From positions 1-55,050 of the forward strand of contig CAZIZE010000102.1 in NCBI GenBank assembly GCA_964543655.1: a stretch of DNA of 55,050 bases, in the 5' to 3' direction. The stretch comes from an uncultured bacterium (GTDB lineage Bacteria; DYJV01). The notes beneath the pieces are model-generated. The model was not told the origin of the DNA. It worked only from the letters and a program-made list of their open reading frames with translations, and made no database searches. Within the stretch, counting starts at the first letter, position 1. Every line of letters starts with the position of its first letter. The translations under genes were made by a program, and so were the position numbers. This document shows, in pieces, positions 1 to 10,775 of the stretch.

Positions 1-405
1 ATGGCAAAATTTATTAGAAAAACAAAACAACGAGAAATTATTTTAGAAGAGCTATGCAAATTAACTTCCCATCCAACTGCTGATGAGCTATACTTTATTG
101 TAAAAAAAAGATTACCTAATATTAGCCTTGGCACTGTTTACAGGAATCTTGAGTATATGTCGCAAGAGGGTATGATTAAGAAAATTGAAATCAGAGGTAA
201 GTTAAAGAGATTTGATGGTAACACAGAAAAGCACTTACATATGAGATGTATAAAATGCGACAGAATTTTTGACCTGTTCTTAGATGATTATAGTGAAATT
301 GATTCAATTTTTTCAACCTTTAAAATGAATGATAAAAATTTTCAGGTTCTTGATTATGAATTTGAAATAAAAGGTATCTGTGAAGAGTGCCAGAATAAAG
401 AATAA
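1..405 (+). CDS. Fur/PerR family transcriptional repressor
   Basis: HPTADELY, SLGTVYRNL helix, HLH motif and two CxxC (CIKC, CEEC). Confidence 0.92.
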   Translation: MAKFIRKTKQREIILEELCKLTSHPTADELYFIVKKRLPNISLGTVYRNLEYMSQEGMIKKIEIRGKLKRFDGNTEKHLHMRCIKCDRIFDLFLDDYSEIDSIFSTFKMNDKNFQVLDYEFEIKGICEECQNKE

Positions 406-420
406 ATTAGAGAGGTTTAT

Positions 421-1473
421 ATGAAAATTCCAGAGCTGAGACTTGTTGCATGGGAAGTTACAAGGAGCTGCAATCTTAACTGCATCCATTGTAGGGCTGC
501 TGCTGAAAAAGGCCCCTATGAAGGAGAGCTCTCTACTAAAAAAATTTTATCTGTTATGGATGAAATAGCAAAAGTTAGTAAGCCTATAATTATTCTTACA
601 GGTGGAGAGCCGTTGCTCAGAGAGGATATTTTTGAGATAGCAAAATATGGTAATGATATAGGTTTTAGAATGGTAATGGCACCTAATGGTACCCTTGTTA
701 ATGAAGAAAATTTAAAGAAGATGAAAGACTCAGGTATTCAGAGAATCAGTTTAAGCATTGATGGTTCAACTGCTCAGTCACATGATAATTTTAGAAAAGT
801 TAAAGGAGCATTTCACAGTGTAATGAATGCAATTGAGCTTTGTAAGAAGTTTGATATGCCTTTTCAAATCAATACCACAATTACCAAAATTAATATAGAA
901 GAAATACCTAAAATTCTTGAATTATCTGTTGAAAAAGGGGCAGTTGCTCTTCATATTTTTTTACTTGTTCCAACTGGAAGAGGCAAAGAACTTGCCGAGC
1001 AGGAAATTCCACCAGAGGAATATGAAAGGATATTAAACTGGTTTTATGACCAGCATAGGAAGGTTCCATTACAATTAAAAGCAACATGTGCACCTCACTT
1101 TTACAGAATTTTAAGGCAGAGGGCAAAAGCTGATGGTATTAAGGTTGATTTTAAAACTTTTGGTCTTGATGCTGTTACCAAAGGTTGTCTTGGTGGAAAG
1201 GGTTTCTGCTTTATATCATTTGATGGAATAGTGCAGCCGTGTGGTTATCTTGAGCTTAACTGTGGTGATGTAAAAGTAGACTCTTTTGATAAAATATGGA
1301 GAGAGAGTAAAATATTTAATGAACTGAGAAATGAAGATGGATATGATGGGAAATGCGGTATCTGTGAGTATAGAAAAGTTTGCGGTGGTTGCAGGGCAAG
1401 AGCCTATGAAGTTACAGGCAATTACCTTGCAGAGGAACCGTACTGTATTTATACACCAGCTAAATTAAGCTGA
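421..1473 (+). CDS. ahbD: radical SAM/SPASM heme b synthase of the alternative (siroheme-dependent) heme pathway
   Basis: LRLVAWEVTRSCNLNCIHC (CxxxCxxC), TGGEP, LKATCAPH, C-terminal SPASM cysteines CGICEYRKVCGGCRAR. Confidence 0.85.
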   Translation: MKIPELRLVAWEVTRSCNLNCIHCRAAAEKGPYEGELSTKKILSVMDEIAKVSKPIIILTGGEPLLREDIFEIAKYGNDIGFRMVMAPNGTLVNEENLKKMKDSGIQRISLSIDGSTAQSHDNFRKVKGAFHSVMNAIELCKKFDMPFQINTTITKINIEEIPKILELSVEKGAVALHIFLLVPTGRGKELAEQEIPPEEYERILNWFYDQHRKVPLQLKATCAPHFYRILRQRAKADGIKVDFKTFGLDAVTKGCLGGKGFCFISFDGIVQPCGYLELNCGDVKVDSFDKIWRESKIFNELRNEDGYDGKCGICEYRKVCGGCRARAYEVTGNYLAEEPYCIYTPAKLS

Positions 1474-1498
1474 TAAAAAAATTATGGGGGGGAGAGAA

Positions 1499-2629
1499 AT
1501 GAGAAAAATGAAAAAATTAATTTTAGGAATTGTTTCATTATGCTTTCTTTTTACATCATTATTAAATGCTAAAATTATCAGAACCTGTGATAGTTTTCTA
1601 TTTTTAGTTGATGAATCTGCTTCAATGCAGGAATCGTATTTAAATGTTAAAAAGATAGAAATAGAAAGAGATTTAATAAAAAAAATCTCTGAAAATGTTC
1701 CAGATATATCATATTTAAGTGCAATGAGAGCTTTTTCATACAAAGCAGCATACAAAACCAAGCTTTTATACCCTGTTTCAGAATACAATGCTTCAAAAAT
1801 GATTAGTGCAGGTGAGAAGATTAAAAGCTACCACCAATGGACATCAATAGGGTATGGGCTTTACAAAACTGAGCAGGACCTTAAAAAAATGAAAGGTGTT
1901 AAACATCTTGTTATATTCTCAGATGGTAATGAGAATGCAACATATAGAGCACCAGATTTAATAGCATCTGAGCTTCACAGCAAATTCCCAAATCTATGTA
2001 TTTATGCTGTTCAAATAGGTGATAGCCATTATGGCAAAAGAGTTCTTTCAAAAATTGTTGATGCAGCAGGTTGTGGGAAATTATATAATGCAGATTCATT
2101 AAATAGTGCAGATGGGCTTAACAATTTTATTAAAGAAGTTTTTGGATATGTAAAAGTTGAGCAACCAAAACCAGCTCCAAAACCCAAGCCAGTGGTAAAA
2201 ATAGCTCCAAAGGATAGTGATAAGGATGGTGTTTATGATGAATATGATAAATGCCCAGGTACTCCAATTGGTGCTCCTGTAGATTCAAATGGTTGCTGGA
2301 AAATTGCAAATGTATATTTTAATTTTGACAAATATACAATTATTCCAAAATATAAATCTCTAATTAGAGAGATAGCAATGGTTATGAAAAAGAATCCAGG
2401 TATAAAATTGATTATTAAAGGATATACTGACTCTTTTGGAACTCAAAAGTATAATTTAAAATTATCAAAAGAAAGAGCTGAAATGGTTAAAAAAGAGTTT
2501 ATTAGAGATTCAATTTGTCCATGCAGGTTAATAGTTAAATATTTTGGTGAAAAATACCCAGCTGCTTCCAATAAAACAAAAGAGGGTAGAGCTCTTAATA
2601 GAAGAGTTGAATTTGAAGTTTTAAAATAG
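1499..2629 (+). CDS. secreted VWA + thrombospondin type-3 repeat + OmpA-like domain protein (start may be 1499 or 1508)
   Basis: signal peptide, MIDAS DESAS, Pro/Lys linker, DSDKDGVYDEYDKCPGTP, OmpA motifs GYTDSFG and NRRVEF. Confidence 0.88.
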   Translation: MRKMKKLILGIVSLCFLFTSLLNAKIIRTCDSFLFLVDESASMQESYLNVKKIEIERDLIKKISENVPDISYLSAMRAFSYKAAYKTKLLYPVSEYNASKMISAGEKIKSYHQWTSIGYGLYKTEQDLKKMKGVKHLVIFSDGNENATYRAPDLIASELHSKFPNLCIYAVQIGDSHYGKRVLSKIVDAAGCGKLYNADSLNSADGLNNFIKEVFGYVKVEQPKPAPKPKPVVKIAPKDSDKDGVYDEYDKCPGTPIGAPVDSNGCWKIANVYFNFDKYTIIPKYKSLIREIAMVMKKNPGIKLIIKGYTDSFGTQKYNLKLSKERAEMVKKEFIRDSICPCRLIVKYFGEKYPAASNKTKEGRALNRRVEFEVLK

Positions 2630-2632
2630 TAC

Positions 2633-2667
2633 AAATAAAAGCCGCTTTTTTTAAGCGGCTTTTATTT
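2633..2667. terminator. bidirectional intrinsic terminator
   Basis: AAATAAAAGCCGCTT-ttttt-AAGCGGCTTTTATTT between convergent genes. Confidence 0.9.
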
Positions 2668-3660
2668 TTTTAAAATAGTACGTAATTCATTTACAATATT
2701 TTTAATACCCTGTTTATTAACTGATGAAACAGGAAAGATTTTTTTATTGAGTTTTTCTGATAACTCTCTTCTTATTTTGCTTATCATATTTTTGTCAACA
2801 ATATCTATTTTAGTTAAACATACAAGCTCTTCCTTTTTTAAAATTTCAGTGTTAAATTTGGAAAGTTCATTCCTGATTTTTATATAATTATCAAAAATTT
2901 TTTCAACACTTAATGAGGTGATTTCAATTAAATGTAGTAATACTTTAGTCCTTTCAATATGTTTTAAAAATTGTATACCAAGCCCCTTCCCATCAGCAGC
3001 ACCTTCAATAAGTCCAGGTATATCTGCAATAACAATACTCTCACCATTTTCAAGGTCAATTACACCAAGATTTGGAGTTAATGTAGTAAATGGATAATCT
3101 GATATTTTTGGCTTTGCATTTGATACAACAGATATAAAAGTGGATTTTCCAGCATTAGGAAGACCAACCAACCCAACATCAGCAAGAAGTTTAAGCTCTA
3201 AAACAAGCTCTTTCTCTTCACCTTCCTGACCTTCCTCTGCAAAGTATGGTGCTCTATTAGTGGAAGTTGCAAAATGTTTATTACCTCTGCCACCTTTTCC
3301 ACCTTTTGCCACAAGGACAGTTTCTCCATCTATTGTTAAATCAAATAAAATTTCTCCACTTTTTTTATCACGAACAATTGTGCCAACAGGTACTTTAATG
3401 TAAACATCTTCCCCCTTTTTTCCATACCTATCTTTGCCTTTGCCAGATTCACCATTTTGAGCTTTTATAATTTTTTTATATCTTAAATCAGACAGAGTGG
3501 ATAATTGGCTTGTTGCTACAAAGTAGATGTTGCCACCTCTTCCTCCATCACCACCATCTGGTCCACCTTTAGGAATAAACTTTTCTCTTCTAAAACTAAC
3601 GCATCCATTTCCACCTTTACCTGAAATTACAGTAATATCAACTTCATCAATAAATCTCAT
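2662..3660 (-). CDS. obgE: GTPase ObgE/CgtA
   Basis: Gly-rich Obg domain GGPDGGDGGRGG, P-loop GLPNAGKS, YPFTT, DIPG. Confidence 0.97.
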   Translation of the reverse strand: MRFIDEVDITVISGKGGNGCVSFRREKFIPKGGPDGGDGGRGGNIYFVATSQLSTLSDLRYKKIIKAQNGESGKGKDRYGKKGEDVYIKVPVGTIVRDKKSGEILFDLTIDGETVLVAKGGKGGRGNKHFATSTNRAPYFAEEGQEGEEKELVLELKLLADVGLVGLPNAGKSTFISVVSNAKPKISDYPFTTLTPNLGVIDLENGESIVIADIPGLIEGAADGKGLGIQFLKHIERTKVLLHLIEITSLSVEKIFDNYIKIRNELSKFNTEILKKEELVCLTKIDIVDKNMISKIRRELSEKLNKKIFPVSSVNKQGIKNIVNELRTILKK

Positions 3661-3672
3661 TTTATACCTTTA

Positions 3673-3708
3673 AATAAAAAAAGCCCCTTTTTAAGCAAAA
3701 GGGGCTTT
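3673..3708 (-). terminator. intrinsic terminator after rpmA
   Basis: AAAGCCCCTTTT-taagc-AAAAGGGGCTTT with a U tract on the minus strand. Confidence 0.85.
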
Positions 3709-3730
3709 ATACAAATTTTGTAAAAAAATT

Positions 3731-3991
3731 TTAAGCAGCTGAGGGATAAACACTAACTTTTTTTCTTTTTTTATCTTTTCTTTCAAATTTCACATAACCA
3801 TCTATTAAAGCAAAAATTGTATAATCCTTGCCAAGACCAACATTTTCTCCTGGATGAAATTTGGTGCCTCTCTGTCTGATAATAATATTTCCAGCTTTAA
3901 CAAATTCACCACCAAATTTTTTTACTCCAAGTCTTTTGCTGATACTATCTCTACCATTTTTACTACTTCCACCAGCTTTTTTATGTGCCAT
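3731..3991 (-). CDS. rpmA: 50S ribosomal protein L27
   Basis: [26 protein letters not shown]. Confidence 0.99.
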   Translation of the reverse strand: MAHKKAGGSSKNGRDSISKRLGVKKFGGEFVKAGNIIIRQRGTKFHPGENVGLGKDYTIFALIDGYVKFERKDKKRKKVSVYPSAA

Positions 3992-4000
3992 AGTTGCCTC

Positions 4001-4312
4001 CTATGCTATAATATCTTTAATTTTTAATTTTGTGTAAAATTGCCTATGACCTTTTTTCCTTTTATAATTTTTTCTCCTTTTAAATTTAAAAACAATAACT
4101 TTTTTATCTTTTTTTGTCTCAAGAATCTCACCAACAACTTTAGCATTTTCAATGTAAGGTGTACCAGTAACAATTTCTCCATCTTTATTTACCATAAGAA
4201 CTCTGGTAAATTCAAAATCAGATCCTGTTTCTGCATTTAGTTTTTCAACTTTAATAATATCATTTTCTGTAACTTTATACTGTTTGCCGCCTGTCTCTAT
4301 TATTGCATACAT
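4001..4312 (-). CDS. rplU: 50S ribosomal protein L21
   Basis: MYAIIETGGKQYKV, GHRQ. Confidence 0.99.
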   Translation of the reverse strand: MYAIIETGGKQYKVTENDIIKVEKLNAETGSDFEFTRVLMVNKDGEIVTGTPYIENAKVVGEILETKKDKKVIVFKFKRRKNYKRKKGHRQFYTKLKIKDIIA

Positions 4313-4345
4313 ATTTTATCCTCCACTTTAATTTAAGGGAGAAGC

Positions 4346-4374
4346 ACATTAAACAAAATTCCTCTTAATGTCAA
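4346..4374 (-). promoter_or_regulatory. sigma70 promoter of rplU-rpmA
   Basis: TTGACA-17 nt-TAATGT on the minus strand. Confidence 0.7.
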
Positions 4375-4449
4375 GCTTTTTTTGTAAAAACTATTATAAA
4401 AAAGTAGTCGCATTAATACATTTCTAATATTTGAAATAAGGTTTCTTTT

Positions 4450-4890
4450 GTGATATCAAAAACAGTTATGGATATATTGAAAAATGGATGTAAAAATGGT
4501 TTGAAAATTAGTTTTAAAATAGTGCCATATATTATCCCCCTCTATGTTTTTGTTGATTACTTTAAAAATACTACTATGTTTGCAAAAATAGCAGAATTTT
4601 TCAATCCATTAATGTCATTGCTTGGATTACCAGGGAAAGCTTCCATTGTTATTTTGTCAGGTTTTTTAATTAACCTTTATGCTGCAATTGGGGCAATGAT
4701 GCCAATAAAATTAACAGCAAAACAGATAACAATTATAGGATTGGTACTTGGTATTGCACATAACCTTATAATTGAATCAATTATTCTCTCTAAGTCAGGT
4801 GTAAAAGCATATATTACAGTTAGTTTTAGAATAGTAATAGGAATTTGTGTAGGGATTTTGGTGAACTTATTATGGAATTTAATTTCTTAA
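4450..4890 (+). CDS. nucleoside-recognition (Gate) domain membrane protein, first half
   Basis: hydrophobic, PLMSLLGLPG, AHNLIIE. Confidence 0.75.
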   Translation: MISKTVMDILKNGCKNGLKISFKIVPYIIPLYVFVDYFKNTTMFAKIAEFFNPLMSLLGLPGKASIVILSGFLINLYAAIGAMMPIKLTAKQITIIGLVLGIAHNLIIESIILSKSGVKAYITVSFRIVIGICVGILVNLLWNLIS

Positions 4891-5306
4891 TTTCTTTAAA
4901 AAAGGCATCTATTTTATCAGTGAAGATGGTTTTTATTATTACCATTGTAATGATTTTGTATGAACTTTTTGAAAATTCTAAATATTATAAAAAAGTAGAA
5001 AAGCTATTTAATAGACCTTTAAAATATATTGGTTTTAGCACTAATTCTTCAATAACAATGGTTGTTGGTATTATCCTTGGGATTGCATATGGTGCTGGTA
5101 TTTTGATAAACAATGCTGTAACTGGTAATATGAGTAAAAAGGAGATTATATTATCCTGCCTTTTTTTATCACTCTGTCATGCAGTTTTTGAAGATACTCT
5201 GATATTTGTTGCTGTTGGTGCTAATGGGTTTATTATTCTTGGTACAAGAATTTTGTTGGCATTAAGTGCCATATATATTTTGAAATTAATTATAAAAGAG
5301 CATTGA
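4872..5306 (+). CDS. nucleoside-recognition (Gate) domain membrane protein, second half
   Basis: GIILGIAYGAG, CHAVFEDTLIF; ATG at 4872 overlaps the upstream gene. Confidence 0.75.
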   Translation: MEFNFLISLKKASILSVKMVFIITIVMILYELFENSKYYKKVEKLFNRPLKYIGFSTNSSITMVVGIILGIAYGAGILINNAVTGNMSKKEIILSCLFLSLCHAVFEDTLIFVAVGANGFIILGTRILLALSAIYILKLIIKEH

Positions 5307-6426
5307 AATTAGTAGCCACAGTTAAGCTAATTCTTAACCTGCACATCCCCTCCGGGACAGTAGGTGGCCTGATACCCTGTATAAAAATCCCTTTTTCAAG
5401 AAGTTGCTGAGAAAGCTCCATGGTAGTTTCTTCATCTCCAATTAATAGAGGAATTATTTGAGTCTGGCTATTTAATGTATTAAGCCCATGTTTATTTAAA
5501 GTTTCTCTTAATAGACCTGCCATTTTTAATAAATATTCTCTCCTCCTCTTTCCTTCCTCTGATTGAACAATTTCTAATGCTTTTATTGTAGCACCAATAG
5601 TGCCTGGTGGCATTGCTGTTGTATAGATAAGAGGTCTTGATTTATTAATAAGAAAATCTATTAACTCTTTTCTGCCGGCAACATAGGCTCCAAACGTGCC
5701 CAATGCTTTTCCAAATGTGCCCATCTGAATATCTATTTTATCTTTTAAATTAAAAAATTCAGCACTTCCTGAGCCGTTTCTTCCAAGTATCCCTGTAGCA
5801 TGGGCATCATCAGTCATAATAAAAGCATTATATTTTTCTGCAAGAAAAACTATATCTGGCAAAGGGGCAATATCACCATCCATACTAAATACAGAGTCAG
5901 TTACTATTATCCTGTTTCTAAACTTTGAAGCTTTTTTTAATAAAGATTCAAGATGCTCCAGATTGCAGTGAGAATAGATAAATTTGGTTGCTTTTGACAT
6001 TTTGCAACCATCAACTATACTTGCATGATTGTATTCATCAGAGAAAATAGCATCTTTTTCATTTGTTAAAGATGTCAAAATCCCAATGTTGGCCATATAT
6101 CCTGTGTTAAATAGAATAGCTTTTTCACAATTTTTAAACCTTGCTACTTTTTCTTCAAGTAATGTATGTAACTCCATTGTACCTGTAATTAATCTTGAGC
6201 CAGTGGAGCCAACACCATATTTTTTACATGCCTCAATTTCAGCTTCTATTAACTGAGGATGACCTGCAAGTCCAAGATAATTATTGGAGCAAAGGTTTAA
6301 AACTTTTTTACTATTGATGGTAATGGAAAAATCAGGTTTTGATGAAATTGTTCTTAAAAATCTATATCTTTTCTTTTCCTTTATAATGTCAAGCTCATTT
6401 TTTAAAAATTGAACAAATTTTTCCAT
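5290..6426 (-). CDS. bioF: 8-amino-7-oxononanoate synthase (C-terminus looks short)
   Basis: SNNYLGL, NHASIVDG, DDAHATG, PLP lysine TFGKALG, IRPPTVP. Confidence 0.92.
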   Translation of the reverse strand: MEKFVQFLKNELDIIKEKKRYRFLRTISSKPDFSITINSKKVLNLCSNNYLGLAGHPQLIEAEIEACKKYGVGSTGSRLITGTMELHTLLEEKVARFKNCEKAILFNTGYMANIGILTSLTNEKDAIFSDEYNHASIVDGCKMSKATKFIYSHCNLEHLESLLKKASKFRNRIIVTDSVFSMDGDIAPLPDIVFLAEKYNAFIMTDDAHATGILGRNGSGSAEFFNLKDKIDIQMGTFGKALGTFGAYVAGRKELIDFLINKSRPLIYTTAMPPGTIGATIKALEIVQSEEGKRRREYLLKMAGLLRETLNKHGLNTLNSQTQIIPLLIGDEETTMELSQQLLEKGIFIQGIRPPTVPEGMCRLRISLTVATNFNALL

Positions 6427-6427
6427 T

Positions 6428-7357
6428 TTATAATTCTGAAAATTGTAATCCCATCTCTTTAATCATTTTTAAGTCGTCTTCAACCTGTCTTCCTTTAGTA
6501 GTCAGATAATTGCCAATCATCAGTCCATTTGCACCTGAAGGGATTAAGAAAGCCTGTAAATCTCCAAGATTAAATTCTCTGCCACCACAAATTCTAATAT
6601 CTTTATCTTGATGTAAAACTCTAAAAAGAGCAACAATTTTCAAACATTCTAAAGGAGTTATAAATTGTGCAGATTCCAGTATAGTGCCTTTAATAGGAGT
6701 CAAAAAATTTATGGGGATTGAATCAACATTGAGTTCTTTTAATGTGTTTGATAGCTCTATTCTATGCTCCCAATTTTCACCAAGGCCAAAAATACCGCAG
6801 CTACAAACATAAAGCCCATTATCTTTTGCTCTTTTTACTGTATCCACATCATCTTGATAATCATGGGTTGAGCAGATATTTGAGAAAAAACTTTCTGAAG
6901 TTTCTAAATTATGATGATATGCGTTAAGTCCAGCTTTTTTTAAATCTTTGAAAAAATCATCATCAATAATCCCCAGAGATGCACAACATTTAAGTGATGT
7001 TTTTTCTGTAATCAATTCAACAGATTTTAATATAGATGATTTGTCCTTTTTACTTTTAATTGCTGTACCACTTGTAACTATTGAAAATCTATGGGCACCC
7101 TTTTCCTCCATAAGTTTAGCTCTATCTAAAATTTCCACTGGTTTTAGTAGAGGAAAAACATGAATATCTGTATGGTGATGTTTTGATTGAGCACAGAACG
7201 CACAATTTTCAGGGCATTTGCCAGATTTTGCATTAATAATTGAACATAGCTTAATGTTATTTCCTTTATGTTTAACTCTAATAGAATTTATCTCTGGTAA
7301 AAGGGAAATAAACTGGTTAAAATCAGAATCAATAATTTTATTAACTAAACTCTCCAT
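6428..7357 (-). CDS. bioB: biotin synthase
   Basis: CPENCAFCAQS, YHHNLET, SIPINFL, GNYLTT. Confidence 0.96.
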   Translation of the reverse strand: MESLVNKIIDSDFNQFISLLPEINSIRVKHKGNNIKLCSIINAKSGKCPENCAFCAQSKHHHTDIHVFPLLKPVEILDRAKLMEEKGAHRFSIVTSGTAIKSKKDKSSILKSVELITEKTSLKCCASLGIIDDDFFKDLKKAGLNAYHHNLETSESFFSNICSTHDYQDDVDTVKRAKDNGLYVCSCGIFGLGENWEHRIELSNTLKELNVDSIPINFLTPIKGTILESAQFITPLECLKIVALFRVLHQDKDIRICGGREFNLGDLQAFLIPSGANGLMIGNYLTTKGRQVEDDLKMIKEMGLQFSEL

Positions 7358-7386
7358 AAATCACCTGTTATCACAATAAATATCAT

Positions 7387-7415
7387 TTGACAAGTTTTTG
7401 AAAAAAGATTATACG
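7387..7415 (+). promoter_or_regulatory. sigma70 promoter of ahcY
   Basis: TTGACA-17 nt-TATACG. Confidence 0.55.
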
Positions 7416-7438
7416 AGTTAATAGGTGAATTGGTTTAG

Positions 7439-8821
<1,383 letters not shown>

Positions 8822-8836
8822 ATAATTCACATTAAA

Positions 8837-8867
8837 TTTCAGGATAGTTCTATATACTATCCTGAAA
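8837..8867 (+). other. 12-bp-stem hairpin between ahcY and pal (no U tract on the + strand)
   Basis: TTTCAGGATAGT-tctatat-ACTATCCTGAAA. Confidence 0.7.
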
Positions 8868-8883
8868 CAAAAAGGGGGATAGT

Positions 8884-9483
8884 ATGAAAAGGTTTATTCT
8901 TTTGATTATTACACTTTTTTTAGTATCTTGTGCCTCTCAGAAGAAAGTTGTTGAACAACCAGTATTTAATCCTGAAAATGGTAAAGTTGCACAAGGTGCC
9001 ACAACATCTGTTCAAGAGGGAAAATCTGTTACCAAATGGGATAGAAACGGAGTATCTAAAGAGAATATTGGAGAAAGCAATCTCACTGAGCAACAGATTA
9101 AAGAAAGGGCAATGAAACAGCAGGAGCAATTAAAAGAAGATATTGCCAAATTTGAAAATCATGATATTCATTTTGATTTTGACGATTATAAAATTAAAGC
9201 AGATGATATTCCATATCTTGAATCTCTTGCATCATGGCTAAAAGAGCATCCGGGGTTGAGAATTATAGTGCAGGGACATTGTGATGAAAGAGGTTCAGAT
9301 ATGTATAATCTCGCACTTGGAGAAAAAAGAGCAACAGCAGTTAAAGATTTTTTAGTTACAATGGGAATTTCACCTAATAGAATTACATGTATTAGCTATG
9401 GAGAGGAGAGACCTATTGACCCAAGGCATAATGAAGACGCATGGGCAAAAAATAGGCGATGCCACTTTGTTATAGTTAGATAA
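8884..9483 (+). CDS. pal: peptidoglycan-associated lipoprotein
   Basis: lipobox LVSC, IHFDFD, GHCDERG, YNLALGEKRA, SYGEERP, KNRR. Confidence 0.92.
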   Translation: MKRFILLIITLFLVSCASQKKVVEQPVFNPENGKVAQGATTSVQEGKSVTKWDRNGVSKENIGESNLTEQQIKERAMKQQEQLKEDIAKFENHDIHFDFDDYKIKADDIPYLESLASWLKEHPGLRIIVQGHCDERGSDMYNLALGEKRATAVKDFLVTMGISPNRITCISYGEERPIDPRHNEDAWAKNRRCHFVIVR

Positions 9484-9490
9484 TTTGAAT

Positions 9491-10336
9491 ATGGAGCAGG
9501 ATAGAGAGAAATTTTTCAAAAAGATAAATCAGTTACTTGATGAATTTTTTCCTGAAAAATTTGATTTTCAAAGTATAGAAAAATATCAATTTTTTAAGTG
9601 GGAAAAGAAAGTTTTTACATATTATTTAAAGCATATTTTAAACCCACAAATAATAGACTTTGAAGACCTTATTGGCATAGATGCCATTAAAGAGCAAGTT
9701 TATAACAATACCTTACAGTTTGTTAAAGGCTATCCAGCTAATAATGTTTTGCTATGGGGGGAGAGAGGCTGCGGCAAATCCTCCCTTATAAAAAGTATTG
9801 TTAAAAAATTTTCAAATAGCAACCTAAAGTTAATTGAAGTTAGAAGAAGAGATTTTCAAAGTCTTGAAGAGCTATTTGATTTAGTAGTGAAAATTAATTA
9901 TAAATTTATAATCTTCCTTGATGATATTTCATTTTCAACAGAAGATGTTGAATACAAAGCATTAAAATCAATTCTTGATGGAAGTGTAATTTCCTCTCAT
10001 GAAAATATTCTCATATATGCAACATCAAATAGACGTCATATGGTAAAGGAGCATCATATTTCTGAAGATGAAATACATAAAATAGATGTTATTTCAGAGA
10101 GAGTCTCATTAAGTGATAGATTTGGTATATCTCTGGGTATATATAAACCAAACAAAGATGTGTATCTTAAAATAGTTAAAAACTACATTAGAAAATTTAG
10201 TGTTGAAAATTTTTACACAGAGCAGGATGCTCTTAATTTTGCAATGTATAAGGGTGGTTTTTCAGGAAGAACAGCATATCAATTTGCCATTAATTTAATT
10301 GGAAAAAGATTAGAAAATGGAAATAGCACTTTTTGA
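9491..10336 (+). CDS. DUF815-type AAA+ ATPase
   Basis: PANNVLLWGERGCGKSS, FLDD, YATSNRRH, SLSDRFG. Confidence 0.88.
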   Translation: MEQDREKFFKKINQLLDEFFPEKFDFQSIEKYQFFKWEKKVFTYYLKHILNPQIIDFEDLIGIDAIKEQVYNNTLQFVKGYPANNVLLWGERGCGKSSLIKSIVKKFSNSNLKLIEVRRRDFQSLEELFDLVVKINYKFIIFLDDISFSTEDVEYKALKSILDGSVISSHENILIYATSNRRHMVKEHHISEDEIHKIDVISERVSLSDRFGISLGIYKPNKDVYLKIVKNYIRKFSVENFYTEQDALNFAMYKGGFSGRTAYQFAINLIGKRLENGNSTF

Positions 10337-10775
10337 GCCAGAAATTCCTCAAAATAGCGGAAATATTGCAAGGTTATGTGCAGCTACAAATAGTAATCTT
10401 CATTTTATTGGTAAACTTGGTTTTTCCCTTTCTGATAGATATTTAAAGCGAGCAGGACTTGATTATTGGAAATTTGTTAATTATTTTGTGTGGCAAACAT
10501 TTGAAGAATTTTACAATCATTTTAAAAACAGGAATTTCTATCTTGCTACAAGTAGAGGAAAAGTTTTTTATAATAAAGTATCTTATACTTTAGATGATGT
10601 CATAATGTTTGGCAGTGAGACAAGGGGATTGCCAGATTTTATTTTGAAAAATTTTTCTGATAAATTCAAAATAAAGATTCCTTTTGTAAATGTTAGGTGC
10701 TTAAATCTTGCAAACTCAGTTAGTATTATTCTGTATGAAGCTTTGCAGCAAAATGATTTTAAAGGAATAGTTTAA
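10317..10775 (+). CDS. trmL: tRNA (cytidine/uridine(34)-2'-O)-methyltransferase
   Basis: EPEIPQNSGNIAR, RAGLDYW, FGSETRGLP, LNLANSV. Confidence 0.95.
   Translation: MEIALFEPEIPQNSGNIARLCAATNSNLHFIGKLGFSLSDRYLKRAGLDYWKFVNYFVWQTFEEFYNHFKNRNFYLATSRGKVFYNKVSYTLDDVIMFGSETRGLPDFILKNFSDKFKIKIPFVNVRCLNLANSVSIILYEALQQNDFKGIV

Noticed and set aside
8884-9483. pal outside a tol operon
   Set aside because: Unlinked or extra pal copies are common; nothing further supports novelty.
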